Below, piece by piece: positions 8,644 to 18,582 of a stretch of DNA of 32,000 nt. A program made the position numbers and the translations under genes. Every line of letters begins with the position of its first letter. Positions within the stretch are counted from its first letter, which is position 1. The notes beneath the pieces were generated by a model that ran no database searches, was not told where the DNA came from, and worked only from the letters and a program-made list of their open reading frames with translations. The stretch lies in NCBI GenBank assembly GCA_000175855.1, contig ACYB01000040.1:22454-54453 (forward strand), given 5' to 3'. Source of the DNA: Raphidiopsis brookii D9. Lineage in GTDB: Bacteria > Cyanobacteriota > Cyanobacteriia > Cyanobacteriales > Nostocaceae.

Positions 8644-9450
8644 ATGGTGTCTCAGGTTAAGGGGATGAAATTAAACTTGGAGCGGTTAAGTAAGTCTTTT
8701 GGGACAAAGAAAGTATTGGAAAATGTGGATTTAGAAGTTCGTCCAGGAGAGTTCGTGGCAATTGTTGGTCGCAGTGGCTGCGGTAAAAGCACAATGTTGC
8801 GTTTAATTGCTGGATTGGAAGAAACTACTAATGGTAGTGTCCTTTTAAATAATAAGCATACAGAACAGCGAATTAATCCAAGTATTCGGATGATGTTTCA
8901 AGATGCCAGACTATTACCTTGGCAAAAAGTATTAACAAATGTTGAGTTGGGTTTATTGGGTTCTAACTCCCAGGTTTATGCAAAGCAAACTGCTTTACAA
9001 ATATTGCGCGAGGTAGGACTAGAAGACAGATCTCATGAATGGCCATCAGTTTTGTCCGGTGGACAAAGACAAAGAGTGGCTTTAGCCAGAGCTTTAGCAA
9101 GTAAACCCTCCTTATTACTACTAGATGAGCCTTTGGGAGCGCTAGATGCTTTAACGAGAATTGAAATGCAGCAATTAATAGAAAGATTATGGCAAGAACA
9201 GGGATTCACAGCACTCTTAATTACCCATGATGTAGAAGAGGCAGTAGTGTTAGCAGACCGTGTGGTTCTCATAGAAAATGGCAGCATTGTCCTGGACGAA
9301 AAAATTTCTTTACCCCGTCCGCGAGCCAGAGGTGATGCGGAATTTGCTAAGACCGTAGAGAAGATTCTAAACCGAGTTATGGGAGAACCAAAAATTCAGC
9401 GAGAGTTTGATTATGTTCTGACCACTGCCACTTCCTCGCTGCACAATTAG
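8644..9450 (+). CDS. ssuB: Aliphatic sulfonate ABC transporter ATP-binding protein
   Basis: 268-aa ORF. Walker [10 protein letters not shown], signature [15 protein letters not shown], Walker [13 protein letters not shown]. The NitT/TauT-type ATPase is followed by SsuA, SsuC, SsuD and SsuE homologs. Confidence 0.85.
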   Translation: MVSQVKGMKLNLERLSKSFGTKKVLENVDLEVRPGEFVAIVGRSGCGKSTMLRLIAGLEETTNGSVLLNNKHTEQRINPSIRMMFQDARLLPWQKVLTNVELGLLGSNSQVYAKQTALQILREVGLEDRSHEWPSVLSGGQRQRVALARALASKPSLLLLDEPLGALDALTRIEMQQLIERLWQEQGFTALLITHDVEEAVVLADRVVLIENGSIVLDEKISLPRPRARGDAEFAKTVEKILNRVMGEPKIQREFDYVLTTATSSLHN

Positions 9451-9479
9451 TTGTTAATTGAGTGTTAATTGAGTGTTAA
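9451..9479. repeat. 11-bp tandem repeat, about 2.7 copies (GTGTTAATTGA)
   Basis: TTGTTAATTGA / GTGTTAATTGA / GTGTTAA immediately after the ssuB stop. It contains the GTG (9473) that the ORF track uses as the ssuA start. Confidence 0.8.
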
Positions 9480-10636
9480 AAACACTAGTTTCTCATCTCA
9501 CAAGTTATTTAATGACTGACTTAATTATGAAAAGCATCATGAACAGTGTAAATGGTTGGCAAAATGAAGATCAACTAACTAGAAATATATCTGTAAGTCG
9601 TTCTTTGTTTGTCCTGGGCTATAGTTTTTTAGTTTTATCACTTACACTCTTTGGTTGCAATGGTTCTGGGAGTAACACATCGGTTAGTAATACGGACAGT
9701 AAAACTAATGGTTCCAGTAGCAATCAAAAAGTAATCAAAATAGTTCGTTCCAAACAACTCACCGCTCTAGCAGTATTAGAAAAGCAAGGTACTCTGGAGA
9801 AAAAATTGCAACCTTTAGGTTACAAAGTGGAGTGGCCAGAATTTGCCGCTGGACCACAGCAATTGGAGGCTTTAAATGCTGGTGGATTAGATATTGCTGC
9901 TACTGCTGAATCACCACCTGTTTTTTCTCAAGCTGCTGATGTACCCCTTGTTTATTTGGCTGCTAACTCTTCAGATGGACAAGCTATTTCTTTGCTGGTG
10001 CCAACTAAATCACCAGTGAAAACCCTTAAAGACTTGAAAGGTAAAAAAATTGCTTTTCAAAAAGCCTCTATCGGGCATTATTTAACTGTGAGGGCTGTGG
10101 ATAAGGAGGGATTAAAACTAAGTGATGTTGAATCTGTATTTTTACCTCCCCCAGATGCCAATGTAGCTTTTAGTCAAGGCAAAGTAGATGGTTGGTTTAT
10201 TTGGGAACCTTTTGTAACCAGGAATGTGCAAAACAAAGTTGGTCGTGTTTTATTAGATGGGGGTAACGGTCTGAGGGATACCAACAATTTTTACTCGACA
10301 AACCGTAAATTCTATCAAGAGAATAAACAGGCAATCAAAATTTTCTTGGAAGAGCTGCAAAAAGCACAAGTTTGGTCTAAAAATCATCCCAAAGAAATTG
10401 CCCAACTATTAGCTTCTGTGACGCAACTTGATCCTCCAACCTTAGAAAAAATGCACAGCAAGTATGATTTTTCTCTTGTGCCTATTACAGAATCAATAAT
10501 TAATAAACAACAGCAAGTTGCCGACAAGTGGTACAGCTTGGGATTAATACCTAAAAAGGTTAACGTTAGAGATGGTTTCTTGACACCTAAAGAATACGAA
10601 GAAATCACACCGCAAGAAGTGTTAGGTTCCAAATAA
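9473..10636 (+). CDS. ssuA: Sulfonate ABC transporter substrate-binding lipoprotein (SsuA/NMT1 family)
   Basis: 387-aa ORF. The real start is probably ATG 9512, 9527 or 9539. LSLTLFGC is a lipobox, followed by a Ser/Asn-rich linker. AAGPQQLEALNAGGLDIAATAESPPVF and LKDLKGKKIAFQKAS are typical of SsuA/TauA-type binding proteins. Confidence 0.85.
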   Translation: MLKTLVSHLTSYLMTDLIMKSIMNSVNGWQNEDQLTRNISVSRSLFVLGYSFLVLSLTLFGCNGSGSNTSVSNTDSKTNGSSSNQKVIKIVRSKQLTALAVLEKQGTLEKKLQPLGYKVEWPEFAAGPQQLEALNAGGLDIAATAESPPVFSQAADVPLVYLAANSSDGQAISLLVPTKSPVKTLKDLKGKKIAFQKASIGHYLTVRAVDKEGLKLSDVESVFLPPPDANVAFSQGKVDGWFIWEPFVTRNVQNKVGRVLLDGGNGLRDTNNFYSTNRKFYQENKQAIKIFLEELQKAQVWSKNHPKEIAQLLASVTQLDPPTLEKMHSKYDFSLVPITESIINKQQQVADKWYSLGLIPKKVNVRDGFLTPKEYEEITPQEVLGSK

Positions 10637-10657
10637 ATTTTTGTAAGGAGCAAATCC

Positions 10658-11706
10658 ATGAATTTTAATTTCCCATTACCTCGACGTACAGCTATCAAGA
10701 AGTTTGTTAAATATTCAGCCCTAGGCGCTCTACTTTTTACTCTTCCTATCACAGGCAATATTGTCCAGGCTGAAAATCCTCGTCTTGCAAATAAAACTGG
10801 CATTCAGACCAAAGTGGTGAGAATGGCTTACCAAACTTCTGGGGATATTGTTAAAATCAAGGGGGTGGTAGATAAACGCCTACAATCTTTAGGTATACAA
10901 GTTGAATGGTCTCCTTTTCCTGCAGGTCCCCAATTAATGGAGGCTATGAATGCCAACAGAGTTGATATTGGCACCGTGGGAGAAACTCCACCGATTTTTG
11001 CCCAAGCCGCCGGGGCTCAACTTACATATATTGCGGCGCGTAAACCAAGTAGGGGTGAAGGTAGTGCAATTGTTGTTCAGAAAGATTCCCCCATCAAAAC
11101 CCTTAAAGATTTAAAGGGCAAAAAGGTTGTCTTTCAAAAAGGTTCAGCAGCACATTATTTGCTATTGAGAGCTTTGGGTGAAGTGGGCTTAAAATATGGT
11201 GATATTCAACCTGTAAGTTTGACACCAGCTGAAGCTCGTGATGCTTTTATTCAGAAAAAAATTGATGCTTGGGTAGCTTGGGATCCTTTTATTGCCTTTG
11301 TTCAACAAACTGCCAATGCCAGGGTTTTAAGAAATGCTTCGGGAATTGCCACCCAAGGAGGGTTTTATATGACCAGACGGGATTTTGCTAGGGAAAATCC
11401 TGAACTTGTCAAGATCATCTTAGAGGAAATAGATAAACTAGGACAATGGGCTGAGTCTAATCGGGATGAAGTCGTCAAAATTCTCGCACCTGAGCTGAAA
11501 ATTGATCCATCAATTTTAAAAGTGGTGGTGGGTCGTCGTACATTCCGATTGCAAAAAATAACTTCTCCTATAATTTCTGAACAACAACGCATTGCTGACT
11601 TGTTTTATAATGAGGGGTAATACCAACAAAAATTGCAGTGCGCGAGTCATTTTTAACTCCTCAACAATACACAACTATTACACCAGCAAGAATCGGGAAT
11701 AGATAA
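10658..11706 (+). pseudogene. ssuA: Second SsuA-family substrate-binding protein, C-terminal frameshift (pseudogene or assembly indel)
   Basis: The 320-aa ORF ends ...DLFYNEG* at 11620. Re-reading G11617 (one base back, i.e. restoring a fifth G to the G4 run at 11614-11617) gives VIPTKIAVRESFLTPQQYTTITPARIGNR*, ending at 11706. This aligns with the paralog tail LIPKKVNVRDGFLTPKEYEEITPQEVLGSK*. The N-terminus LPRRTAIKKF looks like a twin-arginine signal. Confidence 0.8.
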
Positions 11707-11748
11707 TCCCTTCTATTAGTTGGTTCAGAATTCTGACTGTTTAAGGTT

Positions 11749-11793
11749 CCGGGTTAGTTGAAAAGTACCGTTATTTAAAAAGCACTAACTCGG
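11749..11793 (+). other. Intercistronic RNA hairpin between ssuA-2 and ssuC
   Basis: CCGGGTTAGT (11749-11758) pairs with ACTAACTCGG (11784-11793): 10 bp including one G-U pair, with a 25-nt loop. The 12-bp perfect palindrome TCAGAATTCTGA lies just upstream at 11725-11736. Confidence 0.4.
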
Positions 11794-11856
11794 AAATTAA
11801 TCTTAACCTGAATAATCTCAATTTTAACTTCTTAATCCCTCGATATCATCACAACA

Positions 11857-12720
11857 ATGATTAAAATATCCTCTGCTGAAACTGGAGACATTCCTGCCAG
11901 ATATGGAGTTATAAAAAGTCGTTCCTATTCCCGGCTGATTAAACTGGTGACTAAAAACCCTTACGTTCAATCTGCTATCCCTTGGTTAGTACCCATATCA
12001 ATTATTTTAATATGGCAACTTCTTTCCTCCCTAGGGGTAATTCCTAATCGAATTCTACCCGCTCCTTTAGCAGTACTAGCAGCAGCCATTAAACTGGGTG
12101 CATCGGGGGAGCTGTTTAGAAACATTGGTATTAGTGCAGCTAGGGCTATCTCTGGTTTTTTAGTGGGTGGCAGTATTGGCTTTAGTTTGGGCTTAATTAA
12201 TGGGATTTCTCCAATAGCGGAAAAGTTGATAGATACCTCTATTCAGATGCTGAGAAATATCCCAAATTTGGCTTTAATACCCCTGGTGATTTTGTGGTTT
12301 GGCATAGGTGATGAAGCTAGATTGTTTCTAGTTTCCTTGGGTGTCATGTTTCCTATTTATTTAAATACTTTTCATGGAATTCGCAGTGTTGATCCCGGAT
12401 TAATTGAAATGGGTAAAATTTATGGTTTAAACGCCTGGGGTTTATTTTGGCGAATTATTTTGCCAGGTGCTATGTCTTCTATTTTAGTGGGGGTTCGTTT
12501 TTCTCTGGGTATTATGTGGTTGACTCTTATTGTGGCGGAAACTATTGCTGCTGATTCTGGTATTGGTTATATGGCGATGAATGCTAGAGAATTTATGCAA
12601 ACCGACGTGGTAGTTTTAAGTATTCTACTATATGCTTGCTTTGGTAAATTAGCGGATGTTATAGCCAAATCCTTAGAAAGATATTGGTTACAGTGGAATC
12701 CAGGTTATTTCAAGACTTAG
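11857..12720 (+). CDS. ssuC: Aliphatic sulfonate ABC transporter permease
   Basis: 287-aa ORF, multi-pass membrane protein. It has the BPD_transp_1 EAA-like region (IEMGKIYGLNAWGLFWRIILPGAMSSIL) and sits between ssuA and ssuD. Confidence 0.85.
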   Translation: MIKISSAETGDIPARYGVIKSRSYSRLIKLVTKNPYVQSAIPWLVPISIILIWQLLSSLGVIPNRILPAPLAVLAAAIKLGASGELFRNIGISAARAISGFLVGGSIGFSLGLINGISPIAEKLIDTSIQMLRNIPNLALIPLVILWFGIGDEARLFLVSLGVMFPIYLNTFHGIRSVDPGLIEMGKIYGLNAWGLFWRIILPGAMSSILVGVRFSLGIMWLTLIVAETIAADSGIGYMAMNAREFMQTDVVVLSILLYACFGKLADVIAKSLERYWLQWNPGYFKT

Positions 12721-12811
12721 AGTTAGGAAGAGTAGGACTGAGCCACCAGTTTTTCGGTAAAGAATTATTAATTTTTTACTTTGTTTATGTGATACTGGAT
12801 TTAGAATCAAG

Positions 12812-12909
12812 TACAGTTTAACGATAAAGTAACCGAAGTTAAAGGCTAAGTATGGACCAATTAAATACAGTTTAATAAAAAAGTAACCGAATTTAAAAAA
12901 GCTAAAGTA
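12812..12909. repeat. Imperfect tandem direct repeat (period about 54 bp) in the ssuC-ssuD spacer
   Basis: Unit 1 is TACAGTTTAACGATAAAGTAACCGAAGTTAAAGGCTAAGTA (12812-12852). Unit 2 is TACAGTTTAATAAAAAAGTAACCGAATTTAAAAAAGCTAAAGTA (12866-12909). The repeat also shows as FKFGYFFIKLYLI / FNFGYFIVKLYLI in the spurious antisense ORF 12688-12954. Confidence 0.75.
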
Positions 12910-12924
12910 AGTCAGTGAGGAACT

Positions 12925-14082
12925 ATGCAAATTCTTTGGTTTATTCCCACTCATGGTGATGGGCGTTATCTTGGTACCAGTATAGGTGGTCGTTCAGTTA
13001 ATTTTGATTATTGGCGACAAATTGCCCAAGCAGTGGATCAAGTGGGGTTTACAGGGGCTTTATTACCCACAGGTCGTTCTTGTGAAGATGCTTGGGTTTT
13101 AGCTTCCACCCTAGTCACACACACTAAAAAAATGAAGTTTTTAGTGGCTATCCGTCCAGGACTGATGTCACCGGGACTAGCTGCAAGGATGGCAGCAACC
13201 TTTGATAGGATTTCTGGTGGTCGGTTGTTGATTAATGTTGTGACTGGGGGCGATCCAATAGAATCAGCTGGAGATGGATTACATCTGAATCATGATCAAC
13301 GCTACCAGCTAACGGACGAGTTTTTAACTGTTTGGCGGGAAATCACGTCCGGCAAAATTAGTAATTTTGTCGGTGATTATCTTCAAATTGAAGATGGTAA
13401 GATACTATTTCCTACAGTACAAAAGCCCTATCCACCCTTATGGTTTGGTGGATCCTCCGCCATTGCCCAAGAAATTGCGGCTAAGCATGTGGATGTGTAT
13501 TTGACCTGGGGGGAAACACCTGAGCAGGTAGCAGAGAAAATTAAACGGGTTAAGAATCTGGCAGCGGAGGAGGGGAGAACATTAAAGTTTGGAATTCGCC
13601 TTCATGTAATTGTGCGAGAAACTGAAAGTCAAGCCTGGGATGCTGCCAATGACTTAATTCGTTATGTTGATGAGGATGCTATCAATAAGACCCAGCAAGC
13701 TTATGCTCGTATGGATTCTGTTGGACAACAACGAATGAGGGAGTTACATAATGGTAGTCGAGAAAACTTAGAAATTAGTCCAAATTTATGGGCAGGAATT
13801 GGGTTAGTGCGTGGTGGAGCGGGGACAGCGCTTGTCGGTGATCCTGATACCATAGCTGCACGAATGCGGGAGTATACGGATGTAGGTATTGAGACATTTA
13901 TTTTTTCCGGTTATCCCCATTTAGAAGAAGCATATCGCGTGGCAGAATTGCTTTTCCCACGGTTACCTTTAGATAATTTACCCAATGTGGAACCACAGTT
14001 GTTAAGTCCTTTTGGTGAGGTTTTGGCCAACCGTGAATTTCCTCCACAACAGGTTCAAGGTAAATTACTAACTATAGATTGA
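12925..14082 (+). CDS. ssuD: FMNH2-dependent alkanesulfonate monooxygenase
   Basis: 385-aa ORF. The N-terminus [18 protein letters not shown] and the TGRSCEDAW motif with its conserved Cys fit SsuD (bacterial luciferase-like fold). An ssuE homolog follows directly. Confidence 0.9.
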   Translation: MQILWFIPTHGDGRYLGTSIGGRSVNFDYWRQIAQAVDQVGFTGALLPTGRSCEDAWVLASTLVTHTKKMKFLVAIRPGLMSPGLAARMAATFDRISGGRLLINVVTGGDPIESAGDGLHLNHDQRYQLTDEFLTVWREITSGKISNFVGDYLQIEDGKILFPTVQKPYPPLWFGGSSAIAQEIAAKHVDVYLTWGETPEQVAEKIKRVKNLAAEEGRTLKFGIRLHVIVRETESQAWDAANDLIRYVDEDAINKTQQAYARMDSVGQQRMRELHNGSRENLEISPNLWAGIGLVRGGAGTALVGDPDTIAARMREYTDVGIETFIFSGYPHLEEAYRVAELLFPRLPLDNLPNVEPQLLSPFGEVLANREFPPQQVQGKLLTID

Positions 14083-14098
14083 TAGAGGTTTTTCCAAT

Positions 14099-14683
14099 AT
14101 GGCTCACGTATTAGCTATTGCTGGCAGTCCGGCCCACCCTTCTCGAACATACGGAATTTTAGAATATGCCACTCAATTTATTTCCCAGCAGGGTTTAGAA
14201 ACACAGATTATTTCTGTCCGAGATTTACCCGCTGAGGATTTGATTTATGGCAAGTACAATAGTCCAGCCTTAGAGCGTCCAAAAGCATTGGTAGAGCAGG
14301 CTAGTGGTATTATTATTGCCACACCCATATATAAAGCTGCTTATACTGGACTTCTCAAGACTTTTTTAGATCTCTTGCCTCAGAAAGCTTTCACTGGGAA
14401 AATTTTGCTCCCTTTGGCTACTGGTGGCACTATTGCCCATCTATTAGCAATTGAGTATGCTTTGAAACCAGTTTTATTCGAACTAGGTGCCAGACATATT
14501 TTAAGTACAGTATATGCAGTAGATAAGCAAATTCAATTCCCACAAGGAGGTTCCATTCAATTTGAAGAGGAACTGGCACAGAGACTGAATGATACTCTAG
14601 CAGAGTTTGTACGGGTTGTTAACCTTGAGATTAGTAACAGTCAACAGACAAATGTCAAACAATTAGCCCACACTGGTACATAA
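14099..14683 (+). CDS. ssuE: NADPH-dependent FMN reductase
   Basis: 194-aa ORF. LAIAGSPAHPSRT, IIIATPIYKAAYTGLLKTFLDLLP and LPLATGGTIAHLLAIEYALKPVL closely follow the SsuE sequence as I recall it. Confidence 0.88.
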   Translation: MAHVLAIAGSPAHPSRTYGILEYATQFISQQGLETQIISVRDLPAEDLIYGKYNSPALERPKALVEQASGIIIATPIYKAAYTGLLKTFLDLLPQKAFTGKILLPLATGGTIAHLLAIEYALKPVLFELGARHILSTVYAVDKQIQFPQGGSIQFEEELAQRLNDTLAEFVRVVNLEISNSQQTNVKQLAHTGT

Positions 14684-14702
14684 ACTTTAAGGAGTTGGTT
14701 AT

Positions 14703-15668
14703 ATGATAGACACCAAAAAATCAGTTTGGAAAACACTCAAAAGCAACAGGCTATTTATTTTAGGTCTAGCAGTTTTTACCTGTTTTTTGATTACCCCCGT
14801 ACTGCATTTACCAGCTTTAGGAAAGGTAACCAGTAGTAAGATTCAGTTTGTTGCTCCTAACTGGGTGGCTGAAAATAGTAAGGATCCAAATCTGAGAATT
14901 TTGGATGTAAGAAATTCGCCTCTGGACTATATTGATGGACATTTGCCTGGGGCGGTTAATATTGCCGACACGGCATTTCGCGGTCCGAGAGAGGGTTTGC
15001 CAGTGCAATATTGGGAAAATCGCAAATTAGGGGAAATATTTGCTAATTCAGGTGTCACCAATAACAGTCGAGTTTTAGTTTATTCTGATGGTCGCGATGT
15101 TCTAGGCGCCAGTATGGTAGCTTATCTCCTGGAACGTTCTGGAGTTAAAGACATCGCGGTATTAGATGGTGGTTACAAGGGTTACAATGCAGCATCGCAA
15201 ACAGTGACTAAAGTGTTTCCTAAATATAAGGTAGGTCAATTCACGGTTAGGGATAATCAGACTGTGCGTGTTTCCCTAAATGAGGTCAGAAAACTAATTG
15301 GTAAGACAGGGGTGAAATTTATTGATCCTAGACCTGCAGACTTGTTCCAAGGTAAGGAAAACATTTGGGTACGCAATGGACATATCCCCGGAGCAAAGAA
15401 TATTCCCTGGCCCACTTTTACCGATCCTCAAAATCCTCACAAGCTCAAGTCCTTAGAGGAAATTAAGAAGATTCTAGCTGACAAAAAAATTGCTCCCAAT
15501 GATGATATAATAGTCTCTTGCAGCACCGGTAGAGAAGCAACATTACAATATGTTGTACTCAAGCACTTGTTAGGTTATCCCAAGGTCAGGGTTTATGAAG
15601 GTTCTTGGACTGAATATAGCACTTACTCGGATTTACCTGTTGCTACCGGACCAGAAGAAGTAAGCTAG
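14703..15668 (+). CDS. Exported or membrane-anchored tandem-rhodanese sulfurtransferase (thiosulfate/3-mercaptopyruvate type)
   Basis: 321-aa ORF. The N-terminal hydrophobic segment is LFILGLAVFTCFLITPVLHLPALG. There are two rhodanese-like halves, with the active-site loop VSCSTGREAT only in the second. YEGSWTEY is the typical C-terminal motif. Confidence 0.8.
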   Translation: MIDTKKSVWKTLKSNRLFILGLAVFTCFLITPVLHLPALGKVTSSKIQFVAPNWVAENSKDPNLRILDVRNSPLDYIDGHLPGAVNIADTAFRGPREGLPVQYWENRKLGEIFANSGVTNNSRVLVYSDGRDVLGASMVAYLLERSGVKDIAVLDGGYKGYNAASQTVTKVFPKYKVGQFTVRDNQTVRVSLNEVRKLIGKTGVKFIDPRPADLFQGKENIWVRNGHIPGAKNIPWPTFTDPQNPHKLKSLEEIKKILADKKIAPNDDIIVSCSTGREATLQYVVLKHLLGYPKVRVYEGSWTEYSTYSDLPVATGPEEVS

Positions 15669-15724
15669 TTGGTTCACAACTGTTGATTGAAAACTTCTGT
15701 TTTGTCAATTTTGGGGATTAAGTT

Positions 15725-15898
15725 ATGAAATTAACATTCTTATTTTTTGCCGGACTACTGACAGCTTTTAGTGTCGTTGCTACGGTTGAAGCTAGTCAGT
15801 TTGCAGGTGGTTCGCCACAAAACGACCTAGTAGCCTGCACTAGGACTAAAGACCGTCGGCCATCAGATAATAAGGGTGAAAATCCCTCTAGGACTTAA
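15725..15898 (+). CDS. Hypothetical 57-aa secreted peptide (below the ORF-track cutoff)
   Basis: ATG 15725 follows GGGGA. Translation: MKLTFLFFAGLLTAFSVVATVEA|SQFAGGSPQNDLVACTRTKDRRPSDNKGENPSRT*. It has a clean Sec signal peptide with a VEA|S cleavage site. The hydrophilic mature part has one Cys. It lies on the same strand between the rhodanese and yeeE. Confidence 0.35.
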   Translation: MKLTFLFFAGLLTAFSVVATVEASQFAGGSPQNDLVACTRTKDRRPSDNKGENPSRT

Positions 15899-15977
15899 GT
15901 TGAGTTTTGTCATGGGAGGAATGTGGATATGGCTCAAAGCAAGAGTTTTTATCTAGCTTTCTCCCTTTTTTTCCTTA

Positions 15978-17192
15978 ATGAACTACTCATGCTCTAGGTG
16001 GACTTATATGACTAGTGCCTCTGACAACATATCTTTACGGGAATTCCACTCTCTAAACCCCCGTCCTCAAAAGTTGATTGTGACCATCGCCTTGGGTGTT
16101 TTAGTTGGAGCTGCTGTTTTGTTGTACAAGTATAGCTGGAGACAAAGTGTACTATTTATTATTGGTAGTTTGTTGGGTATAGCTCTGTATAATTCGAGTT
16201 TTGGTTTTGCATCTGCCTACCGTAAACTATTGTTAAGTAAAGACGGGAGAGGTATGTACGGACAGTTGTTAATGTTGTCTGTTGCTACCCTGTTGTTTGC
16301 CCCCCTGCTATCTGCTGGCAAAGTTTTTGGACAAGAAATAGAGGGAGCGATCGCCCCTATAGGAATATCAGGGATCATAGGTGCCTTCATCTTTGGCATT
16401 GGTATGCAATTGGGAGGGGCCTGTGGTTGTGGAACTCTTTATACCATTGGTAGTGGCAGTTATACAATGATTATTACCCTAATTACTTTTTGTTTAGGGG
16501 CTTTCTATGCTACTTTAACCCACGGATTTTGGTCTGGATTACCCAAAATTCCTCCCATTGTTTTAGGTGAAACTATTGGTTGGGCACCTGCAGTACTGAT
16601 ACAATTGACCATATTATTATTATTAGCAGTGGGACTAGGGATTTGGATTAAAAACAGCAATTCCATAGCCCAAAATACTCAATTTTCTCCCTGGTCAATA
16701 TTTACAGGGGCGATCGCCCTAGCGGTGCTCAATTGGTTAACCCTGCTAATTTCCGGCCACCCTTGGCGAATTACCTGGGGATTTGCACTGTGGACAGCTA
16801 AAGTTGCCATGTATTTAGGTTGGAGTCCCTCTAGTGGGGGGTTTTGGGATGGTGACAGTTCACTATCCAGTTCCGTATTTTCCGACATTAGCTCAGTGAT
16901 GAACCTAGGTATTATATTAGGTGCTTTACTAGCTGCTGCTCTAGCTGGTAAGCTCACACCACAAATACAAATTACTCCATCAAAAACTCTTGCTAAAGTC
17001 ACTGGTGGACTATTGATGGGGTATGGAGCCTTTTTGTCCTTTGGGTGTAACATAGGTGCCTTTTTTAGTGGCATTGCATCTACCAGTTTACATGGTTGGA
17101 TTTGGATCATTTTTGCTCTTTTAGGTACCTTTGTCAGTATTAAACTGCAAGCTCTATTTGATTCTCCACTAGATTTACCACCAATGGTTTAG
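15978..17192 (+). CDS. YeeE/YedE family sulfur-compound (thiosulfate-type) transporter
   Basis: 404-aa ORF; ATG 16008 is an alternative start. It is polytopic, with two Sulf_transp-type repeats carrying the conserved Cys motifs MQLGGACGCGTLY and FLSFGCNIGAFFSG. Confidence 0.8.
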   Translation: MNYSCSRWTYMTSASDNISLREFHSLNPRPQKLIVTIALGVLVGAAVLLYKYSWRQSVLFIIGSLLGIALYNSSFGFASAYRKLLLSKDGRGMYGQLLMLSVATLLFAPLLSAGKVFGQEIEGAIAPIGISGIIGAFIFGIGMQLGGACGCGTLYTIGSGSYTMIITLITFCLGAFYATLTHGFWSGLPKIPPIVLGETIGWAPAVLIQLTILLLLAVGLGIWIKNSNSIAQNTQFSPWSIFTGAIALAVLNWLTLLISGHPWRITWGFALWTAKVAMYLGWSPSSGGFWDGDSSLSSSVFSDISSVMNLGIILGALLAAALAGKLTPQIQITPSKTLAKVTGGLLMGYGAFLSFGCNIGAFFSGIASTSLHGWIWIIFALLGTFVSIKLQALFDSPLDLPPMV

Positions 17193-17239
17193 ATAAATTA
17201 GATAAACACGAATATCTTAGTAACTTAGTAACAAAATAA

Positions 17240-18538
<1,299 letters not shown>

Positions 18539-18582
18539 AGCTTATATATACTATCCGTCAATTCCCCGCTGTAGGTAATCAA

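Noticed and set aside
10384-10803. 139-aa minus-strand ORF across the ssuA-1/ssuA-2 junction. Similar antisense ORFs lie at 7415-7756, 16679-17110 and 17410-17634, plus the other short 60-90 aa track entries.
   Set aside because: All lie antisense to, or out of frame within, genes that have clear family signatures. None has a start context or a recognisable domain.
2838-12880. Apparent enrichment of the short core TACNGT(A/T) in island leader regions (2857, 3194, 8539, 11766, 12812, 12866 and others)
   Set aside because: A degenerate 6-mer is expected dozens of times in 32 kb of AT-rich DNA. I also found close copies inside coding sequence, for example TAAGTACAGTATA at about 14503 and AGAGTACTGTAAT at about 25203. 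Only the longer, spacing-conserved blocks are reported as findings.
12688-12954. 88-aa minus-strand ORF with an internal peptide repeat (FKFGYFFIKLYLI / FNFGYFIVKLYLI)
   Set aside because: The peptide repeat is only the translation of the ~54-bp tandem DNA repeat in the ssuC-ssuD spacer. The ORF overlaps the ends of both flanking genes and is extremely AT-biased.
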